64,000 bases of DNA, from positions 20,542-84,541 of the forward strand of contig PLYR01000119.1 of the NCBI GenBank assembly GCA_003153435.1, read 5' to 3'. Under the pieces are notes generated by a model, which had not been told where the DNA came from, ran no database searches, and worked only from the letters and a program-made list of their open reading frames with translations. This document shows positions 17,926 to 26,295 of this stretch, piece by piece. The stretch is from Bacteroidota bacterium. GTDB taxonomy: Bacteria; Bacteroidota; Bacteroidia; Palsa-965. Position numbers and translations under genes: made by a program. How positions within the stretch are numbered: position 1 is the stretch's first letter; every line of letters begins with the position of its first letter.

Positions 17926-18495
17926 ATGCCCTCAACATCTCGTTCTGCTCCCTCCACAACTGATCTCCCTTATACCAGTGATACCGGTTATTGGTTTTAC
18001 ATGCTACGAATTGCTTTCCTTACACTTCCAGTGATAGCCTGGTGGATGTATAGTCAAGGCAAGCTTGATCAGGAATGGGTGTATGTTGCTTTGGCTCTTT
18101 TCATCTTTGTTTCACTGATCCCTTCACAGTATGTTCTGACGCTGGATGAGACCTCTCTACAGGTCTTTAAACGAAATTTTTACGGGCCACTTTTCTCTAA
18201 GAGCACCTCATTCATTCCATCTGAAATAGAAGAAATCCATCTTTCGAAATGGGAACATTATCCTTATCCGAATTTCTATACTAGTGGAAGAAGGAGATAT
18301 ATTGCTTATCTGGATGTCATCACCCATGATCCGGTCACACAAGAGGTTGTCAGGACACGTTTCAATAATATTAAGTATTTAGGGAGTAAGCTCTCTATAG
18401 CAGATATTATTGAAGACCGAATGGCTCCAATTTCTTTCCCTCCTCTCATTCGCTCTGTCAGGGAAGTAAAACAGCTGCTGAATCTTCCGGAATGA
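17926..18495 (+). CDS. Hypothetical membrane protein
   Basis: 189-aa ORF with two N-terminal hydrophobic helices and a soluble domain; no strong competing ORF. Confidence 0.7.
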   Translation: MPSTSRSAPSTTDLPYTSDTGYWFYMLRIAFLTLPVIAWWMYSQGKLDQEWVYVALALFIFVSLIPSQYVLTLDETSLQVFKRNFYGPLFSKSTSFIPSEIEEIHLSKWEHYPYPNFYTSGRRRYIAYLDVITHDPVTQEVVRTRFNNIKYLGSKLSIADIIEDRMAPISFPPLIRSVREVKQLLNLPE

Positions 18496-18514
18496 GTTTA
18501 ATGGGCTAAGAGTG

Positions 18515-18551
18515 CCCCTCGACCCGATAGCTATCGGGTCCGCTCGGGGAC
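18515..18551. repeat. REP-like palindromic element with a perfect 20-bp core GACCCGATAGCTATCGGGTC
   Basis: Perfect palindrome at 18521-18540 within an imperfect outer CCCC...GGGG stem, between convergent genes. Confidence 0.75.
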
Positions 18552-18557
18552 CGCATT

Positions 18558-19631
18558 TTACCTGGAAATATTAAACTTGCGTGTGTTCCGTTGTCCTTTC
18601 CGGTCTTCAGTGAGCAGAAAGTACATACCACTACCAAGACTTTGAGTATTCAGGCGGGAAAGGTTATTGATTGGTTTTTCTGCCGTTAAGATGATCCGCC
18701 CGGACAGGTCTATAACAGTTATAGAAATAGCATCGAGGTTATTCATTTGTATATCGATATAATCATTTGCCGGATTCGGGTAAACATTCAACCCCGGAAC
18801 ATTGGTTAACTCAACAACTGCCTGTACAGTGGGAGTAGCCAATAGCCATTGTACACTTGATATTTTCATGTTATTGGGGTTCTGATCCATAGTAACTACC
18901 GGGTAACCTGCACTTGATGAGTTGCTCCACCAGGTATAGGAATCAACTGTATCGATGGTTGGAGTTAATCCAATCCAGACAGAAGGTGAAATTTTATGCA
19001 ACCATGTAGAATCGAAATCGAATTTATGCCGCTTTTCTCGAAGTGATTGGAAGGTCATCAGTGGAGTCTGGACACTGCCCCAGGCATCGATTGTTACCGT
19101 TGAGTTTGTGGTGTTCTTTATTTTGACGCTATCATATCCTGGCACCTGATTGTAAGCAGCCTTTCCAGCAATCACATAATTATCGGTATAATTCATGCCA
19201 TAGGAGGCAGGCCACTGAATAAGTTTCGAATTAGGGGCACTAAACTCGTTTAGCAAATGCTGTCCGGGGTCGGGAAGGTGAATAGCAGCACCAACAAGAA
19301 AAAGGCCGGCGGTATTGTTAATCAGGTACTCATACTGTTTTCCATTAACAACTATTCCCAGATCAGACGTTGCAAACGGTGCTGAATAGGGGGTCCATCC
19401 TGGAACTTCAAATACAAGACTATCCACCTTGTCGTTGTGTAGTGCACTGAAATTCCAAATCTGGTTAGTTCCGGAGGGTCCAGGGAAAATGGAGAATCCG
19501 GGCAAAGTATCATTTGCTTGCCTGATCAGATCGCCTATTGGGGCAATGTTTGTATGATCAACAGTTATCTGTGCGAATACACTTGCGCAAAGAAAAGAGC
19601 TAACGGCCACAAAGAGTAGTTTTGTTTTCAT
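18558..19631 (-). CDS. T9SS type A sorting domain protein of unknown function
   Basis: Signal peptide; beta-rich body (QIWNFSAL); CTD VYPNPANDYI...GMYFL...RKFNISR. Confidence 0.82.
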   Translation of the reverse strand: MKTKLLFVAVSSFLCASVFAQITVDHTNIAPIGDLIRQANDTLPGFSIFPGPSGTNQIWNFSALHNDKVDSLVFEVPGWTPYSAPFATSDLGIVVNGKQYEYLINNTAGLFLVGAAIHLPDPGQHLLNEFSAPNSKLIQWPASYGMNYTDNYVIAGKAAYNQVPGYDSVKIKNTTNSTVTIDAWGSVQTPLMTFQSLREKRHKFDFDSTWLHKISPSVWIGLTPTIDTVDSYTWWSNSSSAGYPVVTMDQNPNNMKISSVQWLLATPTVQAVVELTNVPGLNVYPNPANDYIDIQMNNLDAISITVIDLSGRIILTAEKPINNLSRLNTQSLGSGMYFLLTEDRKGQRNTRKFNISR

Positions 19632-19733
19632 CAGAAAGGTTTTAGATTTTGGAGTTCCTTAATAAATATACAAATAATTCGTTTACCTTATTATTCAATT
19701 TGAATTATCTTTCTCCTCGAAAGGCTCAGAGGA

Positions 19734-22700
19734 TTATATGTGAATTCCTATCACACAAATATCATCTGTCTGCTCCATCCTCCCCTGCCAATCATCCAGA
19801 AATTGACGGAGATGAGTCCTTTGGTCGGCCATGTTCTTGCCCTGCATGTGTATAATCGCTTCCTTGAATTTTCGCTTGGTGATTTTTTTATTTTCCCTGC
19901 CAAACTGATCGGCATAACCATCGGTAAAGAGATAGAGATTTTCACCAGGGGTAGCTTGTAAAAGATGACTGGTGAACGGTTTTGGATAAGGATAGTAACC
20001 GATAGGTTGTTTGTCTGCTTTTATTTCCATCAGCTCGGTTCCCCGGAGGAGATAGGCAGAGTTGTTGGCACCTGACCAGCAGATTTCTTTCGTACTCAGG
20101 TTCATTCGCATGAGTGAGATGTCCATTCCGTCGCGGCTGTCGCCATCGGCTCCGGTCTGAGCAAGTTCTTTGATGACTTTCTCCCGGAGTTGCTCCAGGA
20201 TTTCGGCAGGGGTGAGGAGCGTTTCAACGGCGTTGATTTCATTCAGGAAGGCAATACCCAGCATGCTCATGAAGGCCCCGGGAACCCCATGACCGGTGCA
20301 GTCGGCTGCGGCGAGATACCAGTGGTTTTGTTTTTCTATGCCCCAGTAAAAATCTCCGCTAACAATATCTTTGGGTTTGAATAAAATGAAGTGATCAGGA
20401 AGCTGCTTGGTATGATGGTTCTGCTCTTTGAGCAGAGCCTGCTGGATTTTTTTTGCATAGTTGATTGAATCAACAATTTCTTTTTGTTTTTCTTCAATGA
20501 GGTGTTTCTGCTGCTGGACCTCTTCTTTTTGTTTTTCAGCAAGGTCTTTTTGAGCAGCGATGACTCCACGCTGTTCTTCTGCAATGATTCGTCTGCTGTC
20601 TGCAATTTCTTTTTGCTCGTTCAGCTGGGAAGTGCGGACTTCCACCTTTCGCTCTAATACATCCCGTTCATGCTTCAGGGTCCGTTCTCTGAATTTGATA
20701 AATCCTCTGATGCCTGTAAAGCCGACTACCAGATACAGTGCGTAAGCCCACCAGGTTCGGTAAAGGGGAGGGAGGACTTTGAAACGAAAGATGACTGGTT
20801 CACTCCAGGTTCCATCAGGGCTTCTGGCCTTTACTTTGAAGATGTAGGTTCCGCCTCCCAGGTGGCTATAGGTTGCATAGCTTTGGTCAGTCACTGGACT
20901 CCAGTCGTTATCATAACCTTCCAGAAGATATTGATAACGGATAAGGAAATACCGGGCAGGTTCAATAGCCAAAAAATTAAAGCTTATCTGGTTATGACTA
21001 TGGGGAAGGACCAGGTTTGAGGGTAGGGGATAGTGTGCGGAGACCGCATCGAACTGTACATCACCGAAACGGAGCTTCATAGAATCTCTGCGGTGTTCGC
21101 TTAAAAGATCTCCGAATACGGCAGATTCCTCCAGGAGCCGGGCATGGATAAAGGAGCTGTCTGTTGCAGTGGTTTCCGGATGTGGAAGCAGATTATACCA
21201 ACCTATGTTTTCATTTTCAAGCTTGACACCTTCAATAAAAAGCCGGGGAGGCTGGCTTTTTTTCCGAATCCCTGAATAGTCGAACCGAACTAGCCTGTCG
21301 CCGGTCCCAGCCCAAAGGATATCGCGACTGTCGCAGAACAGGGTGCTGATATCTTTCACCGGATATCCTGTTTTCTGATTGTATTGCTCAAAGGTGGGGA
21401 GGAAGTTGTTGCTCAGCAGTGTATTGGTCTTTCCATTGGCTGAAGGAAGGTTGTGAAGCTTGCTACAAGCTTCATCTTCTTCTTTTATTTTTGGGCGGAA
21501 TCCCTGAAATTTGCAGAAGCCGAGTGTGGTGCCAAACCAGAGTGTGCCTTCTTTATCCTGTTGGATACTCCAGATACTATTATTAGCAAGGCCATCGGAG
21601 GTGGTATAGGTGACAAAGGTTTTCCAGTCGTACCGGCTCACCCCACCACCATCGGTTCCGAACCAGATGTTTCCGTAGAGATCTTCCTGCATGCTCAGGA
21701 TGCTGTTCCCTGCAAGCCCGTTTGATTCTTTGAAGATTTTAAAATTACCGGATCCGCTCTGGCCCTGAGGAGTAAAGCAAACGGCGCCTCCCCCGTCTGT
21801 TCCAAACCAGATATTTCCTTTTTTATCTTCGAGCATGCTGTAAACAGTATTATTGCTGAGTCCGCCTTCCTGGGTATAATTGATAAAATGCGCCTTGGAT
21901 CCATTCTTTTCGGGAGTCAGGCAGCTGACCCCATGTCCTTCTGTTCCGAACCAGATATTTTCATTTTTATCCTGTAGCATGCAGAGGACAGTATTTCCAG
22001 CAAGTCCTTCTTTAACCGAATAGTTAAGAAAGCCTTTTTTCCCTTTTTCTGAAACGGTGGTATAGCAGCTGGCACCACCACCGGCAGTACCGAACCAAAG
22101 ATTTCCTTTTTTATCTTCCTGGATACTCCATACAATGTTGTTGGCAAGGCCTTGATCTGTGGTGAAATTGCGGAAATACCTTTTATTCGATTTGCCTTCC
22201 TCTGAGAATTTATAACAGCTCACTCCTCCGCCCTGAGTTGCAAACCAGTAGTTTCCTTCACGATCTTCCCGGATACAGTAGATGCTATTGTTGGAAAGAC
22301 CCTGTTCGGTCGTGAAATTTTCAAAAGCTTTCCCATCATACCGGTTGATGCCACCGCCCTGGGTCCCGAACCAGAGGCTTCCTCCAAGATCCTCCGAAAT
22401 ACAGAGTACACTATTGTTTGCCAGACCTTCGGAAGTGGAATAGTTCACAAAACAATTGCCGGAGGTGTTGAGCGGGCCTTCAGCAAAACGACTTACTCCG
22501 CCTCCGTCTGTTCCAAGCCAGAGGTTTCCATTCAGATCGAGATGCATGCAATAGACAATGTTATTGGCAAGACCCTCACGGGTTGTATAGGTAAAATACG
22601 CATTCTCTCCTTTGGTGGCTTTGGGGTTATACCGGGTCACGCCAGCACCGTCTGTTCCGAACCAGATATTCCCTGCCTGGTCTTCCTGGATGCTGATAAT

Positions 22701-23567
22701 TCTATTATTACCTAATCCGCTTTTAGTGGTGAGTGTTACAAAAGTTTTAGGCGCCCCTTTAAGGATAGAAGGAAGATAATAGCTAACACCCCCGCCTTCC
22801 GTACCGAACCAGAGCCTGCCGGTCTTATCTTTATACACGGTGTGTACGACATCAAAAGGCAGCCCGTCTTTGTGTGTGAAGTTTTCGAATTTTGCGGGAG
22901 TTTCGGGATTATAGCAGCTAACCCCTCCCTGGGTACCGAACCAGACTTTTCCCTGGTCATCCACATCAATCCCCCATACACTATTATTAATCAGACCTTC
23001 TGAAGTGGTATAGTTGGTGAAGGATCGTCCGTCAAAACGACTTACTCCGCCTCCTGCAGTACCAAACCATACATCCCCCCGCAGATCTTCCGCTATACAG
23101 AGCACACTATTATTAGCGAGGCCTTCCCGAACGGTATAATTCTGGAATGATTTTCCGTCAAAGCGGCTGACTCCTCCTCCCTGAGTACCAAACCAGAGGT
23201 TTCCATACCGGTCTCTGCATGATCCCCGCACGGAGCTGAGCGCAAGACCCTGTTCGGTATTATAATTGGGCATATTTACAGCAAATCCTGCCGGCTTTTC
23301 AGGTGGGAGAGGTAATGATATAATCTTCGGATGAATTGCAGGAGTAATGACTGGGTTTGCAGGTATAGACTGAGGTTGCGCTATAGTTGCTGAAACGGGT
23401 GGTTTTGTATGGGGGCGTTGAGTGCAGGCTGTAATAAAAAAGAAACCAATGACTAAGGAGGACCAGAGGGCCTGTTTAACAGGTGAGGAAAAAGGGAACA
23501 AACCTCGAACCATATAATGCCTTACTGGATGTAAATAAGTTTGAGTTTGAGTCTGATATGCAAACAT
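19734..23567 (-). CDS. Membrane sensor: two-component-regulator propeller repeats + Y_Y_Y + TM + SpoIIE/PP2C phosphatase
   Basis: 14 W(F/L/A)(G/A)T blades; YQYLLEGYDNDWS...YSHLGGGTYIFKV (Y_Y_Y); TM helix WWAYALYLVVG; coiled coil; VSGDFYW, AADCTGHGVPG, LFTDGYADQFG, DDICVIG. Confidence 0.9.
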   Translation of the reverse strand: MFAYQTQTQTYLHPVRHYMVRGLFPFSSPVKQALWSSLVIGFFFITACTQRPHTKPPVSATIAQPQSIPANPVITPAIHPKIISLPLPPEKPAGFAVNMPNYNTEQGLALSSVRGSCRDRYGNLWFGTQGGGVSRFDGKSFQNYTVREGLANNSVLCIAEDLRGDVWFGTAGGGVSRFDGRSFTNYTTSEGLINNSVWGIDVDDQGKVWFGTQGGVSCYNPETPAKFENFTHKDGLPFDVVHTVYKDKTGRLWFGTEGGGVSYYLPSILKGAPKTFVTLTTKSGLGNNRIISIQEDQAGNIWFGTDGAGVTRYNPKATKGENAYFTYTTREGLANNIVYCMHLDLNGNLWLGTDGGGVSRFAEGPLNTSGNCFVNYSTSEGLANNSVLCISEDLGGSLWFGTQGGGINRYDGKAFENFTTEQGLSNNSIYCIREDREGNYWFATQGGGVSCYKFSEEGKSNKRYFRNFTTDQGLANNIVWSIQEDKKGNLWFGTAGGGASCYTTVSEKGKKGFLNYSVKEGLAGNTVLCMLQDKNENIWFGTEGHGVSCLTPEKNGSKAHFINYTQEGGLSNNTVYSMLEDKKGNIWFGTDGGGAVCFTPQGQSGSGNFKIFKESNGLAGNSILSMQEDLYGNIWFGTDGGGVSRYDWKTFVTYTTSDGLANNSIWSIQQDKEGTLWFGTTLGFCKFQGFRPKIKEEDEACSKLHNLPSANGKTNTLLSNNFLPTFEQYNQKTGYPVKDISTLFCDSRDILWAGTGDRLVRFDYSGIRKKSQPPRLFIEGVKLENENIGWYNLLPHPETTATDSSFIHARLLEESAVFGDLLSEHRRDSMKLRFGDVQFDAVSAHYPLPSNLVLPHSHNQISFNFLAIEPARYFLIRYQYLLEGYDNDWSPVTDQSYATYSHLGGGTYIFKVKARSPDGTWSEPVIFRFKVLPPLYRTWWAYALYLVVGFTGIRGFIKFRERTLKHERDVLERKVEVRTSQLNEQKEIADSRRIIAEEQRGVIAAQKDLAEKQKEEVQQQKHLIEEKQKEIVDSINYAKKIQQALLKEQNHHTKQLPDHFILFKPKDIVSGDFYWGIEKQNHWYLAAADCTGHGVPGAFMSMLGIAFLNEINAVETLLTPAEILEQLREKVIKELAQTGADGDSRDGMDISLMRMNLSTKEICWSGANNSAYLLRGTELMEIKADKQPIGYYPYPKPFTSHLLQATPGENLYLFTDGYADQFGRENKKITKRKFKEAIIHMQGKNMADQRTHLRQFLDDWQGRMEQTDDICVIGIHI

Positions 23568-23686
23568 AGAATAAATATCGTGATGTGCGAATGAATCTCT
23601 TTTTTTTACTTGTTTGCAAATATGGATTTGTTCTCATTTGATATAAAATTTATATCTTTAAAAAAATCCCTACAGCTCTTTTATTT

Positions 23687-25402
23687 ATGATGATGAAACA
23701 TCCAATCGCAACAACTGCAAAAGCAATTGCACTCTACTGCTTTTTTCAGATTCTCGCATCCCCGATGTCGTCACAGACCGGACAGGAAGACGGTTATATC
23801 GAGTTTCAGATTGTGGCCACCAAACAAAGTGATCAGAAGTCGCTGGAAGGAGCCGGTATCCTGGTTTATAAGGGAGAGGAGCAGATACAGAACCTGGTTA
23901 CCAGTGGCAAAGGGAAAGCTAGTTTTCAGTTGAAATACGGTTCATCGTATAAGATTGTCTTGTCTAAACCAGGCTTTATCACCACCTTCTTTACCATAAA
24001 CGGGGAGGTACCTGTGAAGATGCTGGATGTGAGGGCCAATTTTCAACAAGCGGTTGTATTTGTGGACAAGTCTGAAAGGACCATCGACACCTTGAAATTT
24101 CATCACCCTTTCACTAAATATGCCTATGATGCAAAAGAAAAAAGGATTAAGGAAGATGATGCATATCTGAAAGAATTCGGTTCTGGTATTTTCAAAGATG
24201 ATGAAATTGAGCGAATAGCCAAAGCTAAGCAGGAAGCCAAGGAAAGGCTGGCCAGGGAAAAAAGAGAAGCAGAAGAGAAACGCATCAGCGATCTGAAAGC
24301 TGAATTTCGCAAAAGGCTTCATCTGGCAGGCAAACTGTTGGCAGCGGATGCCAGTCACAAGCCGGTCACTCAAACAAAGGTTTCTTTAGTCAATGCTTCC
24401 GGTAAGGTGCTTGAAACGGTAACCACCAATGCGCTTGGTAGTTTTGCTTTTACCACCCTACCTCCCGATCAGAATTTTACGGTCCAAATAGAAGATCTGG
24501 ATCCTAAACTGGCGGCGATAGGCAAAATTGAACTCACCACAAAGGACGGAAAAGAGCTTATGTCTTCCACCCCGGATGCGAAGGGAAAATTTGCATTTAA
24601 AGTGCAGGCGACCGATAAAAAAACGATTGAAGAATTGCATGTAGATGATGCCACACTGAGAACAGATATCCGCGGAATGATGCTTAAAAGCGATAAAGGA
24701 GCGGTACCTTACGTGGGTTTAAAAATCAATCTCACTGATGAAAGTGGAAAGGTACTTCAGACCTGTGCCACGAACGAAAAAGGTGCTTTTTTGTTTAAAA
24801 ACCTGCCCGCGGCTGCATCCTACCGTTTTTCTGTGGATGAGAATGAACCCCAGCTTATGGGTGGGCAAAAACTATATGTTGCTAATTCGAAAGGGAAAGT
24901 CCTGACAGAGGTGAGTAACCCCCGGACCGGGTGGTTTTACTTTGAAGTGATCTCTGCAGAAAAGAACGGGCTTACCGAAATTTATGAAGATGACCCGTGG
25001 CTGAGTGTTGTAGATCCGGAAAGGATTCAGGCCTCCGGAGGTGGAAGTATGGTGATCAAAGAAAAAGTATTTTTTAAATCGAACGATGCTGTGCTTCTTG
25101 AGGACGCGAAACATACCCTCGATGAAGTTATTTACGTGATGCAAAATCTGCAGGACATAAATATAGAACTGAGCTCACATACCGACTCTAAAGGATCGGA
25201 TGAATATAATATGAAGCTTTCAGAGAAACGGGCCAAATCAGCTGTTGATTATATTGTAGCACACGGGATAGACAAAAGCCGCATCACCGGGAAAGGATAT
25301 GGAGAATCCCAGCTCCTCAATAAATGTAAAAATGGGGTGGAGTGTACTGAAGAAGAACATGCCCAGAACCGGAGACTGGAATTCCGGGTTATTCATAAAT
25401 AA
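23687..25402 (+). CDS. OmpA-family peptidoglycan-binding protein with N-terminal beta-sandwich (carboxypeptidase-regulatory-like) domains
   Basis: C-terminal IELSSHTDSKGSDEYNMKLSEKRAKS...GYGE...NRRLEF; repeated TTNALGSFAF / TNEKGAFLF sandwiches; central coiled coil. Confidence 0.88.
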   Translation: MMMKHPIATTAKAIALYCFFQILASPMSSQTGQEDGYIEFQIVATKQSDQKSLEGAGILVYKGEEQIQNLVTSGKGKASFQLKYGSSYKIVLSKPGFITTFFTINGEVPVKMLDVRANFQQAVVFVDKSERTIDTLKFHHPFTKYAYDAKEKRIKEDDAYLKEFGSGIFKDDEIERIAKAKQEAKERLAREKREAEEKRISDLKAEFRKRLHLAGKLLAADASHKPVTQTKVSLVNASGKVLETVTTNALGSFAFTTLPPDQNFTVQIEDLDPKLAAIGKIELTTKDGKELMSSTPDAKGKFAFKVQATDKKTIEELHVDDATLRTDIRGMMLKSDKGAVPYVGLKINLTDESGKVLQTCATNEKGAFLFKNLPAAASYRFSVDENEPQLMGGQKLYVANSKGKVLTEVSNPRTGWFYFEVISAEKNGLTEIYEDDPWLSVVDPERIQASGGGSMVIKEKVFFKSNDAVLLEDAKHTLDEVIYVMQNLQDINIELSSHTDSKGSDEYNMKLSEKRAKSAVDYIVAHGIDKSRITGKGYGESQLLNKCKNGVECTEEEHAQNRRLEFRVIHK

Positions 25403-25602
25403 TCCAATCTGATGGGTTTCTAAGCTTCAGAGAACCCCTTGTTTGAAAGGTTCTACCGCCAGGTGGTAACCGTTCACCGTAGAATCTACTGCTTCTGCCG
25501 CTTCCATATTAAATCTTTGTACATCGGGCTTGCTGTATTGTAAATCTTTTTTAGATTTGTATGGTATATTGAACATGCAATAAAATAACTATAAAACTAT
25601 TA

Positions 25603-25674
25603 GGGACTTAGGTCCCATATCGCTGCCCCGTAAGACAGCTCCTAATCCCCGCCCCGTAAGGCGGGGATTTTTTT
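25603..25674. other. Three-hairpin intergenic element; last hairpin is a + strand intrinsic terminator
   Basis: GGGAC-TTAG-GTCCC; GCTGCC-CCGTAA-GACAGC; AATCCCCGCC-CCGTAA-GGCGGGGATT followed by a T run. Confidence 0.6.
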
Positions 25675-25716
25675 ATTTCATTGCACAAACATTAAATCAA
25701 GGTTAAGGGGGGTATT

Positions 25717-26202
25717 TTACAGATTTAATGCTCTTTTATAAAGTTTTAGTCCCGTTTCCTTGCTGATCACCTCAGCTAATCCATCACCCTCCTTGCTGAA
25801 TGGCCAGACAAACAAAGAATCAATGTCATGCTCTTTTTGTATGGATGCAATCGCTTCCAGGGTAAGCCCTTTGGCAATTCCTTTTCCCCGATACTCCGGA
25901 AGCACCATGGCGGAACAGAGGTAGATGCTCTGAAACCTGGAATGGGGAGGAGTAAGGTCGAGCAGTTGCTGTTCGGAAATACTTTTCTCAAGGAACTGAT
26001 TCATCAGTTTGGTGGTTGTCGGGATCAGCAAGATCCAAACCGCGGGCCCATTCCGATCCTTATATTCTGAAACGGTTGCCGGATGTAAGTGCTTGAGTTG
26101 TTCGATCACGTGTTCATCCACATCCAGCTGCTCCGGATCGTTATGAGCATCGAAGATCTCGCCTGCGAGATCAATCATCCTTTCAAAATTATTTTTTGCC
26201 AT
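25717..26202 (-). CDS. GNAT-like acetyltransferase
   Basis: Motif A YLCSAMVLPEYRGKGIAKGL; C-terminal WPFSKEG. ATG at 26202 preferred over the GTG at 26208. Confidence 0.75.
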   Translation of the reverse strand: MAKNNFERMIDLAGEIFDAHNDPEQLDVDEHVIEQLKHLHPATVSEYKDRNGPAVWILLIPTTTKLMNQFLEKSISEQQLLDLTPPHSRFQSIYLCSAMVLPEYRGKGIAKGLTLEAIASIQKEHDIDSLFVWPFSKEGDGLAEVISKETGLKLYKRALNL

Positions 26203-26295
26203 GTGCAAAACTCGTAAAAAGACTGCTCCCTTCGGTTGTTTTGCAAAGAGAATACCTTTTCTTATATTTACTCATCCCCATAAAACAGAATACTT

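Noticed and set aside
25622-25669. Canonical guanidine-II (mini-ykkC) riboswitch
   Set aside because: Loops are 6 nt rather than G-C-closed ACGR tetraloops, and no SMR/Gdx-type gene follows; kept only as an unclassified element.
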